Position numbers and translations under genes: made by a program. Of a stretch of DNA of 64,000 nucleotides, positions 28,648 through 53,913 are shown piece by piece (the stretch's first letter is position 1; each line of letters begins with the position of its first letter). Origin of the DNA: the human T2T-CHM13v2.0 reference genome, Homo sapiens; assembly GCF_009914755.1 (NCBI RefSeq), contig NC_060936.1. The stretch is one strand, 5' to 3'. Under the pieces are notes generated by a model, which saw only the letters and a list, made by a program, of their open reading frames with translations, did not search any database and had not been told where the DNA came from.

Positions 28648-29619
28648 CTACCTCAAAAAAAAAAAAAAAAAAAAAACATGCAGGGCAAACAAGGTAGAGA
28701 GGATGAATGGGAGTACAGCGTAGACGAGTGGCCAAGAGTTAATTGCTAATGAAATTTTATACACAGAGATTCATTGTACTGCTCACTCTGCTTCTGTGTA
28801 TGCTTGAAACTTTTCATAATAAAAGGTTAAAAAAGAACATGGATATGTAAAGGGGAAAAAAGGGAGAGTTAAAGAAAAATATTTCAGAGAACAATGTTAC
28901 AGTGAAAGTGATGCACAAATAATCATAGTTCGGGGAACACTGGACTGGAAAATCTCCAAGAGCTCATGTATGCATAACCCTATTTTGTAAATAAACATGG
29001 TGGGTACTTGGTTTTATGTCTGTCAGCTACGCTAAGAAAAATAGTAGCTCGGGTGAAATGAAGGACATTAGAAGTCCATAGTCATGACATACACAACTTC
29101 TGCTTTGTAGGCTCAGTAAAACCACTTGAACAAAAAATCTCCGGAGAGGAGAAGCGCCTCTCTGTTTATTGTGATCTCCCCTATTTTTGGAACACAGGCA
29201 CACAGTAGGCACTCAATAACCACGCACTGTGTGAACGAATGTGTCATAGTCAGTATGCTGGTGCTCTCAATGGGTATGAGTTAGTAGTGGTACTCAGAAG
29301 CCAGGATTCTCACAGAATGAAGAACTTTCTGCTCAACTGAGGTGTTCACATTTGGGCTATTTTAGTCTCTTCTCGAACCAAGCAAGTGTTCTGAGGTCCA
29401 AAATAGCAGCTCTACCTTGACAGCACAAAACCCATTCCCTGTGTCTGAGAAATTCTAGTCTCGCCTCCCACACACCGACTTCTGCTCCTGGAAGTGCAGA
29501 AGGTAATGGGAAAAAACGGAAGAGGAAGCCTCAGTCATTTTTGCATGGCAAAGCCCTTTCAGAGAAGAAGGGAGTGGCGCAGACACAGTGATCGGCTGCA
29601 CAGATCCCCCTTTTCTAGG

Positions 29620-30001
29620 CGAGCCGTGTTGCCCAGCTTCTGGGACAGCTTAGCTGGTGGCCCCATCAGGGATCACCACAACTACGGAGCCACTTCCGGC
29701 AGGGTCATGTCGCCCTCCCAGCATGGATCACATCCAGTGACTGATCCATGTGGGATTACCGAAAGACTGGCCATCTCCGTCCAGTTTGGGACGAATCTGC
29801 ATGGCCACTCCAGCTCCAGAGCTCCCCACGGCATTGGTCAAGGCTGTTGCTGGGCCTGCATCATGGCTCAGTTTCTCCAACTGCCTGATCCTGTTTCTTT
29901 CTCCTCCTTTCCATCGGAGCTGCCCCGAGAGCATACTTCGGTAAGTATCATCACACTAAACTCTCTCTTGGCCTGTTTCCCAGGGAACTCAACCTGCAAC
30001 A
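29620..30001 (+). mobile_element. ERVL-class solo LTR, LTR16-like
   Basis: cacatccagtgactgat...ctccagagctcccc...gggcctgcatca...tttcccagggaactcaacctgcaaca resembles LTR16C 3' half. Confidence 0.65.
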
Positions 30002-30120
30002 GTACGCATTATGCTACCAACTAAAGTTCTGTATTATGCAGGAAAGACCACATGCCTTAGGACTGGTTTAAGTTGATATGAATATGTACATGAATTATGT
30101 AAGAATATTTACATCTTCAC

Positions 30121-34823
<4,703 letters not shown>

Positions 34824-35893
34824 CTTTCCTTTATATTTTAAGAAATGCTTATAAGGCTGCTTCCTGTTTATGATTTATTTAGTAGTCTTGATCTGGTGTG
34901 GTTTGGTCTTCAATTTGTTTCCTTAATTCTTCAATCTCCCTGTTAAACTTGTGTCATTTTATCATCTTCTCTTTGAACAGTTGTTTTGTTTTATTCAAAT
35001 AACTTGAGTTTTACATAACACAAAGCACTATTTTCCCTGGGTAACAGCTTCTCTTGGCCTGAATTCCTGTCTCTCTCTGGCTCTTGATGTTCCGTTCTTT
35101 CTCTTTTCCCTCTTAGGGTGCAGAATGTGTACACTTCATCTTATTCTCGATGGCTCTACCTAGACCTTCCCTTGGCTCACATATACCGTGAGTTTCCCCC
35201 AACACCCTTCCTACCTTATCTGAGGCCTTTATCTTTAACCCCACGTTACAGCTAAAAGTTAAGCACTGTAATTGACACATTTCTGTAGCCAGAGGTTTCT
35301 GGATAGAGTCAAGGTTGGGATAGTTGAGGCTACACATAGACTCCGTTGGTGATCTCTTTCCTGAGATTTTTCTTCAGTGTTCTATGCACATCACTCACTC
35401 TACCTGAACACAGGTAATCTCATTCCCACAGGAGAACATCCTCAGCCTTGGGGCACGCATCCCCAGTCAGCTCTTTCCACAGTGCTCCTACTGCTTCTGC
35501 TACCTTCCCTTCCTAGAGACTGGAACACAGCCTCTCCTGTGATTGGAGGTGGTTATGTGATACGATCATAGAAATGTGAACTTTCTTCCCCAAATTAGAA
35601 GACAGAGCCATGTGAGAAGCCCTTTGCATTTCCCTGCCTTGTCCTCCCCCTGATTCCATCCAGAAAGCTCTGCGATGCTTGAGGTACAATAGCCAACCGG
35701 GGATCAGACGGACAAGAACTACACGCCTAGCAGAGCAGCAAGCAGGAAGGAAGGGCCAGCTCCGTGCAGACGTTCCTGAGGGGGTACCCGCCCGGACTGC
35801 CTACTGCGGACTTATTATCACTTGAGAAAAATACCCACAGTGCCCTGTGCCTGTCAGCTGCAGTTTGTTGGCTGGACTAGCTACAGAAAATGA

Positions 35894-36453
<560 letters not shown>

Positions 36454-37061
36454 TTGGGTGCCAATTTAAAAGTTTATAGCATGAAGTTGACTGGCTTTGT
36501 TGGCTTCTGCTGGACACATTTTTTAATACAGAAAAACTGTGTTCATAGCATTGGGTACTGAAGGGAGACAGAGTCTGTGATCCAGCTTCAATCAGCCCTA
36601 GTTGCCCAGAAGTCCCCTGAGCCCAGATTAAAATTATGATGGCTGATAACCACCATTTTTCCAAACTAATACACAATAAGCTAAAAATAGCTTTCCCTTT
36701 CTAAGCATTCATGTCTGGGAATTCAGGCTCATTTAAATGGCAGGTGACTATTCATGATCAATTTAGATGCTAACCCCAATTTTTTTGTATAATACATCTG
36801 CTATAACCTCTGTCAGGAAAAACTGTTCATGAAATACAGTTATTGAGTCATTTAATCCCTGTCCGGTTTCCATAAGCAAACTGTAACCTCATTCTACAAA
36901 TAGCCAGGGGGAGAATCAGCTCTGTTCCCATAGTGATAGCTCACTGTATTTGCTATCTTTACAAGGTGGAACACATGTGAGGTTTGGAAATGATAAATCA
37001 GACATATCAAAAGTGACTACCTAAGGTGACTATTTCTATAGAAGAATCAACATTATTTTTA

Positions 37062-37223
<162 letters not shown>

Positions 37224-37384
37224 TTAAAAAAGAAACGAATGCTCTGTATAGTTTCCATTAATCTTAAACTATATGACCTTGCCTGAATTTACACTGTATG
37301 CTTCTACCAGCCACACAAAGAGCAAATGCCCCACTAAGTTGGTGATCAGGTTTTCGGCCACCACAACTCTGCAACAAAAGCTAC

Positions 37385-38121
37385 TGCGATGGTTAATACT
37401 GAGTGTCAACTCGATTGGATTGAGGATGCAAAGTACTGATCCTGGGTATGTCTGTGAGGGTGTTGCTAAAGGAAATTTCACATCTGAGTCAGTGGGCTGA
37501 GAAAGGCTGCCCACCTTTCATCTAGGTGGGCACAACGTAATCAGCTGCCAGCTTGACCAGAATAAAAAGCAGTCAGATGGCTGAGCGCAGTGGCTCATGC
37601 CTGTAATCCCAGCACTTTGGGAGGCTGAGGTGGACGGATTGCCTAAGCTCAGGAGTTCGAGATTACCCTGGGCAACATGATGAAACCCAGTCTCTACTAA
37701 AATACAATAAATTAGCCAGGCCTGGTGGCACGCGCCTGTAGTCCCAGCTGCTAGGAAGGCTGAGGCATGAGAATCACTTAAGCCCAGGAGGCCAAGTGAT
37801 CGAGCCACTGCACTCCAGCTTGGACTACAGAGTGAGACTCCATCTAAAAAAAAAAAAAAAGCAAGCAGAAGAACGTGAAAAGACTAGACTGGTTTAGCCT
37901 CCCAGCCTACATTTTTCTCCCATGCTGGAAGCTTCCTGCCCTAGAACATTGGACTTCAAGTTCTTCAGCTTTGGGACTCGAACTGGCTTCCTTGGTCCTC
38001 AGCTTGCAGATGGCCTCGTGTGGGACCTTGTGATTGTGTGAGTTAACAGTCCTTAATAAACTCCCCTTGATATCTATCTATCCTACTAGTTCTGTCCCTC
38101 TAGAGAACCCCGACTAATTCA
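37385..38121 (+). mobile_element. MLT2A-type (HERV-L) solo LTR with an Alu inserted at ~37578-37860
   Basis: Starts tgcgatggttaatactgagtgtcaact, ends ctagagaaccccgactaattca (TG...CA); 5-bp TSD gctac/gctat. Confidence 0.85.
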
Positions 38122-38789
38122 GCTATGAAGCTGGAAGTAAAGTGAATCATCTAAAAAATGGAAAGAGCAGTCACAAAGTCCTCTGTCTTCTTCTGTAAAA
38201 CAGAAACTGGGGCCCTGGCTAAAAACAAGATACTCACCAAACACCCATGCATTCATTCAAACCTACACGTCGTGCTCTATGATTCCTACTTTCTCACTGT
38301 CTGTGGGAGAAGCAGAAGCACACGATCCTGACCAAAATGCTGGGTTCTAAGGTCAGGGCACTGCAGAGCCCGCACCTGACCACAAAGGGGCAGCAGCTTG
38401 CTCTGCTCAAGATCAGAGGCCATGACCTTTAACATGGGCCTTTAACAATGAGGACATGATCACCAAGTGAGAAAGGAGACAAGAAAAGATGCAAAAGCAG
38501 ACCTGTGAATGGCAAGATTCTGGGATGCACTGGGTTTTCTAAGCAAAATAAATATTTGAGGCAGAAAAAAAAAGTACCAGTAGGGTTCAGAAGCCATTTT
38601 TAGAGCAATGTTTGACCCCACCTACCCCATTTCTAGCTCACAGCTTTTTAAAATCTTGAACAATAATCATGAAGTAAGCAGAAAAAAGTTTTATTCTCAG
38701 AATAGAACAGCAGCTGGACAAACAGGCTTTCAAACACAATTTCAAATCTCAGCTCCTCCACTGCCTATCTGTGTATCCTTGGTAAGTTC

Positions 38790-38791
<2 letters not shown>

Positions 38792-38820
<29 letters not shown>

Positions 38821-39099
38821 GAGACAGAGTCTCACTCTGTTGCCCAGGCTGGAGTGCAGTGGCACGATCTCGGCTCACTGTAACCTCCACCTCCCAGATT
38901 CAAGCAATTCTCTCCCTCAGTATCCCGAGTAGCTGGGATTACAGGCGCCCGCCACCATGCCTGGTTAATTTTTGTATTTTTAGTAGAGATGGGGTTTCAC
39001 CATCTTGGCCAGGCCGGTCTCGAACTCCTGACCTCATGATCCACCCGCCTCGGCCTCCCAAAATGCTGAGATTACAGGTGTGAGTCACTGTGCCCAGCC
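38792..39099 (-). mobile_element. AluS inserted in a MIR-like fragment
   Basis: Alu consensus; flanks resemble MIR core. Confidence 0.85.
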
Positions 39100-41554
39100 A
39101 TTAGTTCACTTTTGAGCCTGTTTCCTGTCTAAAAATAATCCTACTATCTCTGAGGTAGGTTGTGATGATTCCATGAAATAATGGTAAAGCAATCAGCTCA
39201 GTTCAACAAATTATGGTGCTTCTAAATAAAGGAATCAGGAGAGAACCTAGGTCGTGGGTCAGTACTTACCTTTCCCAAGTCAATCTAGTCTCCACTGTCT
39301 CGATTTTAGAATGAAAAAGCAAATTTTTCTGTAGTACTACAACTAAAATTATTTTTTTTAAATAGCATTTCTGCCAAATACTGTAGCTCTGTAATACATT
39401 TCTAACACAGCTGATCAATAGTCTGACTTAACTGGAGAAAGCAACTAAGTGAAATTTTATAGAATTCTTGGAGATGATACAATAAAAGAGTAACAGAGCC
39501 CGATGAATTAATCGGTCTTCATTAAACTAAGGTGGCTTCTAAGTTACTTTAAACGGGTGGCTCACTCCACTCTTTTGAAATATATATACCATGGAAAGAA
39601 TGGTCTATAATCTTTCTTGGTAATCAATGTTTTTCACAATCTCCATCATGAAAGCCTATCACATTTTAATTCACATACACATTATTTCTCCTTCTGAGTT
39701 ACATACAGAAAACTACCAGTGGCTTAAGAATCCACCCATTCTTTAAAAGTAAGTCACTTCTTAGCCATTCCTGTAGGCATTACTTTCTAACACTCTGCAA
39801 AGTGCCTGATTTTTACATTTTTTAATCACAAAACCTTTTCAGTAGGAAGCTAATTGAAATCTCTACTGCAAAAGAGAACAGAGCTGCTAGGATGGAGAGG
39901 AGCCCAAGTCAGGCAAAGAAACTGTGGGAAATTCTAAACAAGGAAGCATGATGTCTCCTGAATCCCTTCTGGTTCTGAGTGACAGAGACAAGAACTGTAA
40001 TCATCAGTCCAGTTAAGGTCACAGCATAAGTCAAGAGGATGATCTCTGTAAGTTCCTCCTATTTATGGAACCCACTCTCTCTACCAGAGATGTTCAATGA
40101 AATGACAGGAGATGGCAATAGACTCAGCACTTAGCCAAAGTCCTTCTCTTCCAAGTCCCTGTGGACACACTGATGCTGGAGATGCCAAATGCTGTAGGTG
40201 TTTTAGCTTGTGCCAGGAAAAAAGAACCCCTGCTGGTCAATGGGCTTCCATTCTTCATGACCTCCAGTTTCTCACAAACTCATCAAAGGAGAGTGCAGTG
40301 ACCCTAGTTAAGTCAACACACTGATACTCTCCTTGGCCCCCATCAGAAGATGACATCTCTTGACACTAGTCGCCAAATGATGCTGAACAAATTACTATCA
40401 TCTTTGTGCTTCCGTTTCCCCTTTTACAAATGGGGATAATAATAGTGCTATTGCTTAGAATTATGGCAAGGACTGCGATGACAGCTAGCACTTATTTGTG
40501 CCTGTCACATAGCAAGAGCCCATAAATGTTAGCTACTATCACCAACAGCATCATCATCATCTTGGAGTCTGAAGAGATGTGGCATTTCTTCCACAAAAGC
40601 AACAATGAAGATTTTAAAGTCTAAAGTTAACTCTCCAAAAAGTGCTTTCACCACAAATTGCACCATGTCAATGGGTACTCAGTACAACTACCCCAAACTA
40701 ATCCATCCCAAGTAAGAATTAATGTTTGCAACACACAACGGGAAAAAAAATTTTTTCCCCTTGGAGTACAAAACAAGAATGAATGACTACACAGCAAAAG
40801 TCTCTTAAAAATGTAATTTTAAGCTGCTGCTCTGAAGTCAGATGTGACTCACAATTCAGCACTTTGATTCAACTGTTAGAGAAGAATAAAAGGCAGATAT
40901 AGCTTCCTTTAAAATCAGTTTTGTTGCCATGTTTAATCAACTTCTATAAGAAACCTTTGTAATTTAAATATAGAAGTAAATAGGTTGTGGTTTGCTTATA
41001 GTTCATGCCAGTTGTAACATATATTCTATATTTACCAATGCACACAAGTGTACATGTATGCACAGTTTCATTAGAAAAGGCTTAAGCATGTTTTTTAATT
41101 TAAACAAAAGCAGAGTTCTATTTAAAATCAGCTGCCAACACTTACACCAAATCTATATTCTTGGAATCTGTTTCTTCAAAATCAATTTTGATGAAAGTGA
41201 AAAAAATCTTAAGAGAAAAATAATTTTGTAATCCAAGTAGTAGTAGGGTGAAGATACTGTCCCCTTCCATTTAAATGTTGAGCTACAAGATTGTCTAATA
41301 AAGATAGTATTTTCTACTTGCTTGCAAGTTCCAGTGTTCTGTGTGTTTTTTAAAGGACCTGTCAAATCTCTCCTACCCTAAATCCTACAGCAGCACGTTT
41401 GAAAACAAGGAGACACATAGCACAGGTAACTTGGAATTCCATTTGGAATGACCCCACCACACTGAGCAGACCTCCGAGTGGCCTCTGAGCGTGCTGCCAA
41501 CAGCAGCAGCACCCAGCATGGCACAGCTGGAACCCCTCGCCAAAGGACACTGAC

Positions 41555-41675
41555 CTTTTGATGACTTGTGACTTCGTCCCTGCTTCTCCCCAGCTCCTCA
41601 GCAAGTTTAACGTTCTCTTCTTGCAACGCTGAAAGCTGCTGGGACTTCTGAGCTGCTGCCTGCTTTAGGGTTTCT
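41555..41675 (-). CDS. CLIP1: CLIP1 constitutive exon, 121 nt ([14 protein letters not shown]...DEVTSHQK)
   Basis: ccttgcag|A acceptor completes ATA (Ile); AAG|gtcagt donor; 1+40 codons. Confidence 0.95.
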
Positions 41676-43164
41676 CTGCAAGGACAGTGAGTGCAGGGTT
41701 ACCATAGAAACAAGACAGGCAAGGAAACTGTGGGAGACAACCAGCTTCACAGCACTGAAGAAAATATATCTGGGTCACGTGCCTGATAGGATCTATAATA
41801 ACAGCAGACAGTATTATCTACATGCAGAAGGGGTTAAATGGCCATAACCTCCCAAAAGGAGGGCTGCCACCCACAATTATTACATTTTTCAGAACCTAAT
41901 AAACCCTATGCCCACCCTCCCACCACCCAAACTTACCCCATAAAAAAGGAATTTTGCTATAAAATAAATGACAAATGAGATGGTCAGTACAGCCCTCCTG
42001 TCTTTAGGAATATTTCCATTAGATGATTTTACTAAAACCCACTTCGTTGATAAAGTGATTTAATTTGCTGCCAAGGCACTCTGTTCTAACTGCACAGATC
42101 TATAATTTGTTTTTTTCTGGAAGAAATAAAAATCCAATGGTCCCATTTACCAGTATCTGTCAGAGTCAAGTGCTGATGTAAATCTGAGTATATTTTTAGG
42201 ACAACTAGAGGCGGAATGCCCCAAGGAAATATAGTTTCCTAATTACATAACAGGTGTTTTATTTTATAGTAGTCTTTCCACAATGCTAATTTATAATTGA
42301 AAGAAGCAAATAAAAATATAATACAGACTGCTAACTTATACCGTGAATATCAGCATAGAAAAAATGAACAGGATAGGTATATTTATTAAACATCTTCTTG
42401 TTCTTAAAATAATCCAAAACATACATCCTAAACATTATCCTTTATACATGAATATGCACAATATTTGATCACTAAATCTTAGTTTTATGCTATAGAGGGT
42501 TTTGATGGAATTGTGAATTTTAAGTACATCTGTGTTGGTTAAACTCCATTTAGCAAGCTGTCATACATGGCTGAATTCTGAATCAAGTCATCTGGGTATG
42601 AATCCATCTGCTGATGCATGAACACATCTATTTTTAACTTCAATTGTCTAATGGGTGGCAGTTCTCGGCACATTCGATTTTCTCAATTTTTAATTCTCCA
42701 TCCACCTATAATATGCACACTGGGATGACCTCAGGAAGACTTAGGGAAATAAATCCACACAAAAATTCTCTTAGCACACTAAATTAGGCTTTTTACAGAG
42801 ATGTTTATTTAGCAATTGAAGATAAACTGAGAAGGAATTTTAGCCTCAGCTAGTCACTCACAAAAGAGATGCATATATATGAATCTCTCTCTATATATGT
42901 ATATATGTATATACATGCACATACACACATATCACAGTGAAAGTTCATCTGTCCAAAGTCCATCAATCTTTGACAAATCAAATTTCCTTATGGTAAAATT
43001 ACCATAAGCTAAACATATTTCCCAGGTGGTCACTGCCTTCATGAGTGGCTACATGGTGTCTGCATGTGTGTGGCCTGTCAAAGTGCTACGCTTATACTCC
43101 TGTTCCTTCTCTCTCAAGCCCACAGGAAGGAAAATAAAAACGACACATCAAGGAAGTAATCTAA

Positions 43165-48305
<5,141 letters not shown>

Positions 48306-48548
48306 CCCAAAGTCACATCTGAATCCCCAACTGAACTCATCAGCCAGTACACATTTCATTCTGATCCTTTAACTTAGCTGTGGCTCTGACCTCACGGTGG
48401 TTACTGATGTTGCTTCTGGGGTATGCAATAGAGTCTGCATACGTTTACTTTATGTACTTCTCAAATAATTTTTAAGTAATTAGCATTGTGTTCACATTTT
48501 CAATTTAAAATAAATTCCATATTTTTTTCTCAAAGGATAGAAACTTAC

Positions 48549-48655
48549 ATTTCTTTCCTAAATTCTTCCATTTTTTGATTCTCTACAGTCAGGAGTTCTT
48601 TTGATTTGTTCAGCTCTTCCACATTTTTCAAGTTGTTTTCTTTAAGTGTGTCCAA
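48549..48655 (-). CDS. CLIP1: CLIP1 constitutive exon, 107 nt ([19 protein letters not shown]...EEFRKE)
   Basis: tctttaag|TTG acceptor, AT|gtaagt donor, 35 codons+2. Confidence 0.95.
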
Positions 48656-50051
48656 CTTAAAGACCAAGAGAAAAAAACTTGATGAAATTATTTCATTTTC
48701 CAGTGACATGAATGAACAAATTATTCATGAAAATGTGTACTGAAAAGACAGATGAAATTAGTCACTCGCAAAAAAAAAAAGTCTCCTGGGTGAAGAGATT
48801 ACAGATGACAAGTCTATTACAAACTGCAAACCTCCTCCTTACATTTAGTCTGATATATATATATCCTGTACACCTGGCCAAAAGGTCAAACTAGATTGCT
48901 ACACAGAAGTAAAGTTTTCTTTTATCTTGTGTACAATTATCAGCACTTATCACTGAACTTGCTATTCAAATATGATTAAAAACAAGAAATAAAATGCAAA
49001 GCAATGACATCAGCAAGGATTATTCTTTGTAATGAAAAGAAACCCTTTTCTTTCCCCAAAGATTAGTGATTTAGGATACGATATTTTTCAATGTCAGTAC
49101 CAGATTTACATAGTCCTCATTACAAAAATTATTTATTTGAATCAAAATTATTTGTAGACTGGAAAAAAATTTAGTTACCCATCTGAACTTGAACCTGAAG
49201 AGGAAAAAGCCATGTCGTGGGACTGAAGGGCACTTACACCCACCTGGCTCCATCATTGGCCCACGGGGATGCAGCCAGCTGAGGGCCTGGCTCTTGGTGG
49301 AAAGCCAGAGCTGTCACTGGGATGAGTGGGGATATGACTGATCATAGGCTGTGGCAGGTGGTTGGAGCTCTAGGTGCAGAGCCACCACCAAGGATGGTAG
49401 CTCATGTGGGCCTCCATTCCTCAAGGTGGCTCCTGGGGCCATGCTGGCTTTCTGGGCCTTGAGAAGTTGTCTCCTACAGCCAGAAAAGGGAGCTATCTCC
49501 TTTTGCCATGCCACATGCCACCAGTCAGGAGTCCTAGAAAATGTCTTGCTAGTTTTACAACTACCATCTTCCTTTTAACACCTAACATTCCAGATTAACA
49601 GAACAAGAAAAATAAAATATCACAATGGGTCCGAAAATATGGTTCATCCAACCCTGAATTCTGGCTATAACAAAGACACCAAGGGATCTGTTATAGAACG
49701 ACACAGTTCCCCCTGGTTCCACTGCTGCAGGTTAGACACATTCCCTAAAATCCTCTCATTTACTTCAGCTTCTAATTTTGATTAACAGCTATGATTTTTT
49801 AATGCTTTTATACTTTTAGCTTAAGTCATCTTCTCTTAGGATTGTCAGTTCTATAAATGTACTTCCTTCTATGTGAAGTGTTGTTATTTATCATATCATT
49901 ACCTCCAAATGTTCATCTCCTTTGAAAAGTTGATCCTTGACCTCCACAATGAGGAGGCCTGGTCTTTACAGTGGCTCCTCAGTTTGGCCACTGCCTCCCC
50001 CTTGCTTTCCTTCCTTAATGTCTTACCTGCCTATTACTTTTAAAAGTATCT

Positions 50052-53636
<3,585 letters not shown>

Positions 53637-53854
53637 TAAGCTTTTTCATAAAGTTTCTCCTTAGATTAAAAAATAAATCCTTTTTATTCACAGTTTGCAA
53701 TTTTTTTCAAATGGGGAGAGACTACTACAGTGAGATACTTAGTAAAGAATCCCCCTTTCAGACTGTAACGAACAGCTTGAGACATATAAGCAACTGACTT
53801 AATGAGGTGGATTTCCATAAGCAGAAATGAAGAAAGATGACCTACACCACTTGA

Positions 53855-53874
53855 GTTAGTGCACAGTGTTAGTA
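53855..53874 (-). promoter_or_regulatory. Paired ACUAAC (QKI/STAR-type) motifs 40-60 nt downstream of the giant exon donor
   Basis: Minus strand reads tactaacactgtgcactaac. Confidence 0.55.
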
Positions 53875-53913
53875 AGCAGTCTGGGTGCTCAATACTTGAC
53901 CCTCTCACTTTAC

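Noticed and set aside
29494-30024. 176-aa plus-strand ORF
   Set aside because: Lies mostly in a GC-rich LTR16-like element; no recognisable domain.
39262-39330. Perfect minus-strand donor AAG|GTAAGT near 39269
   Set aside because: No convincing upstream acceptor giving a frame-compatible exon.
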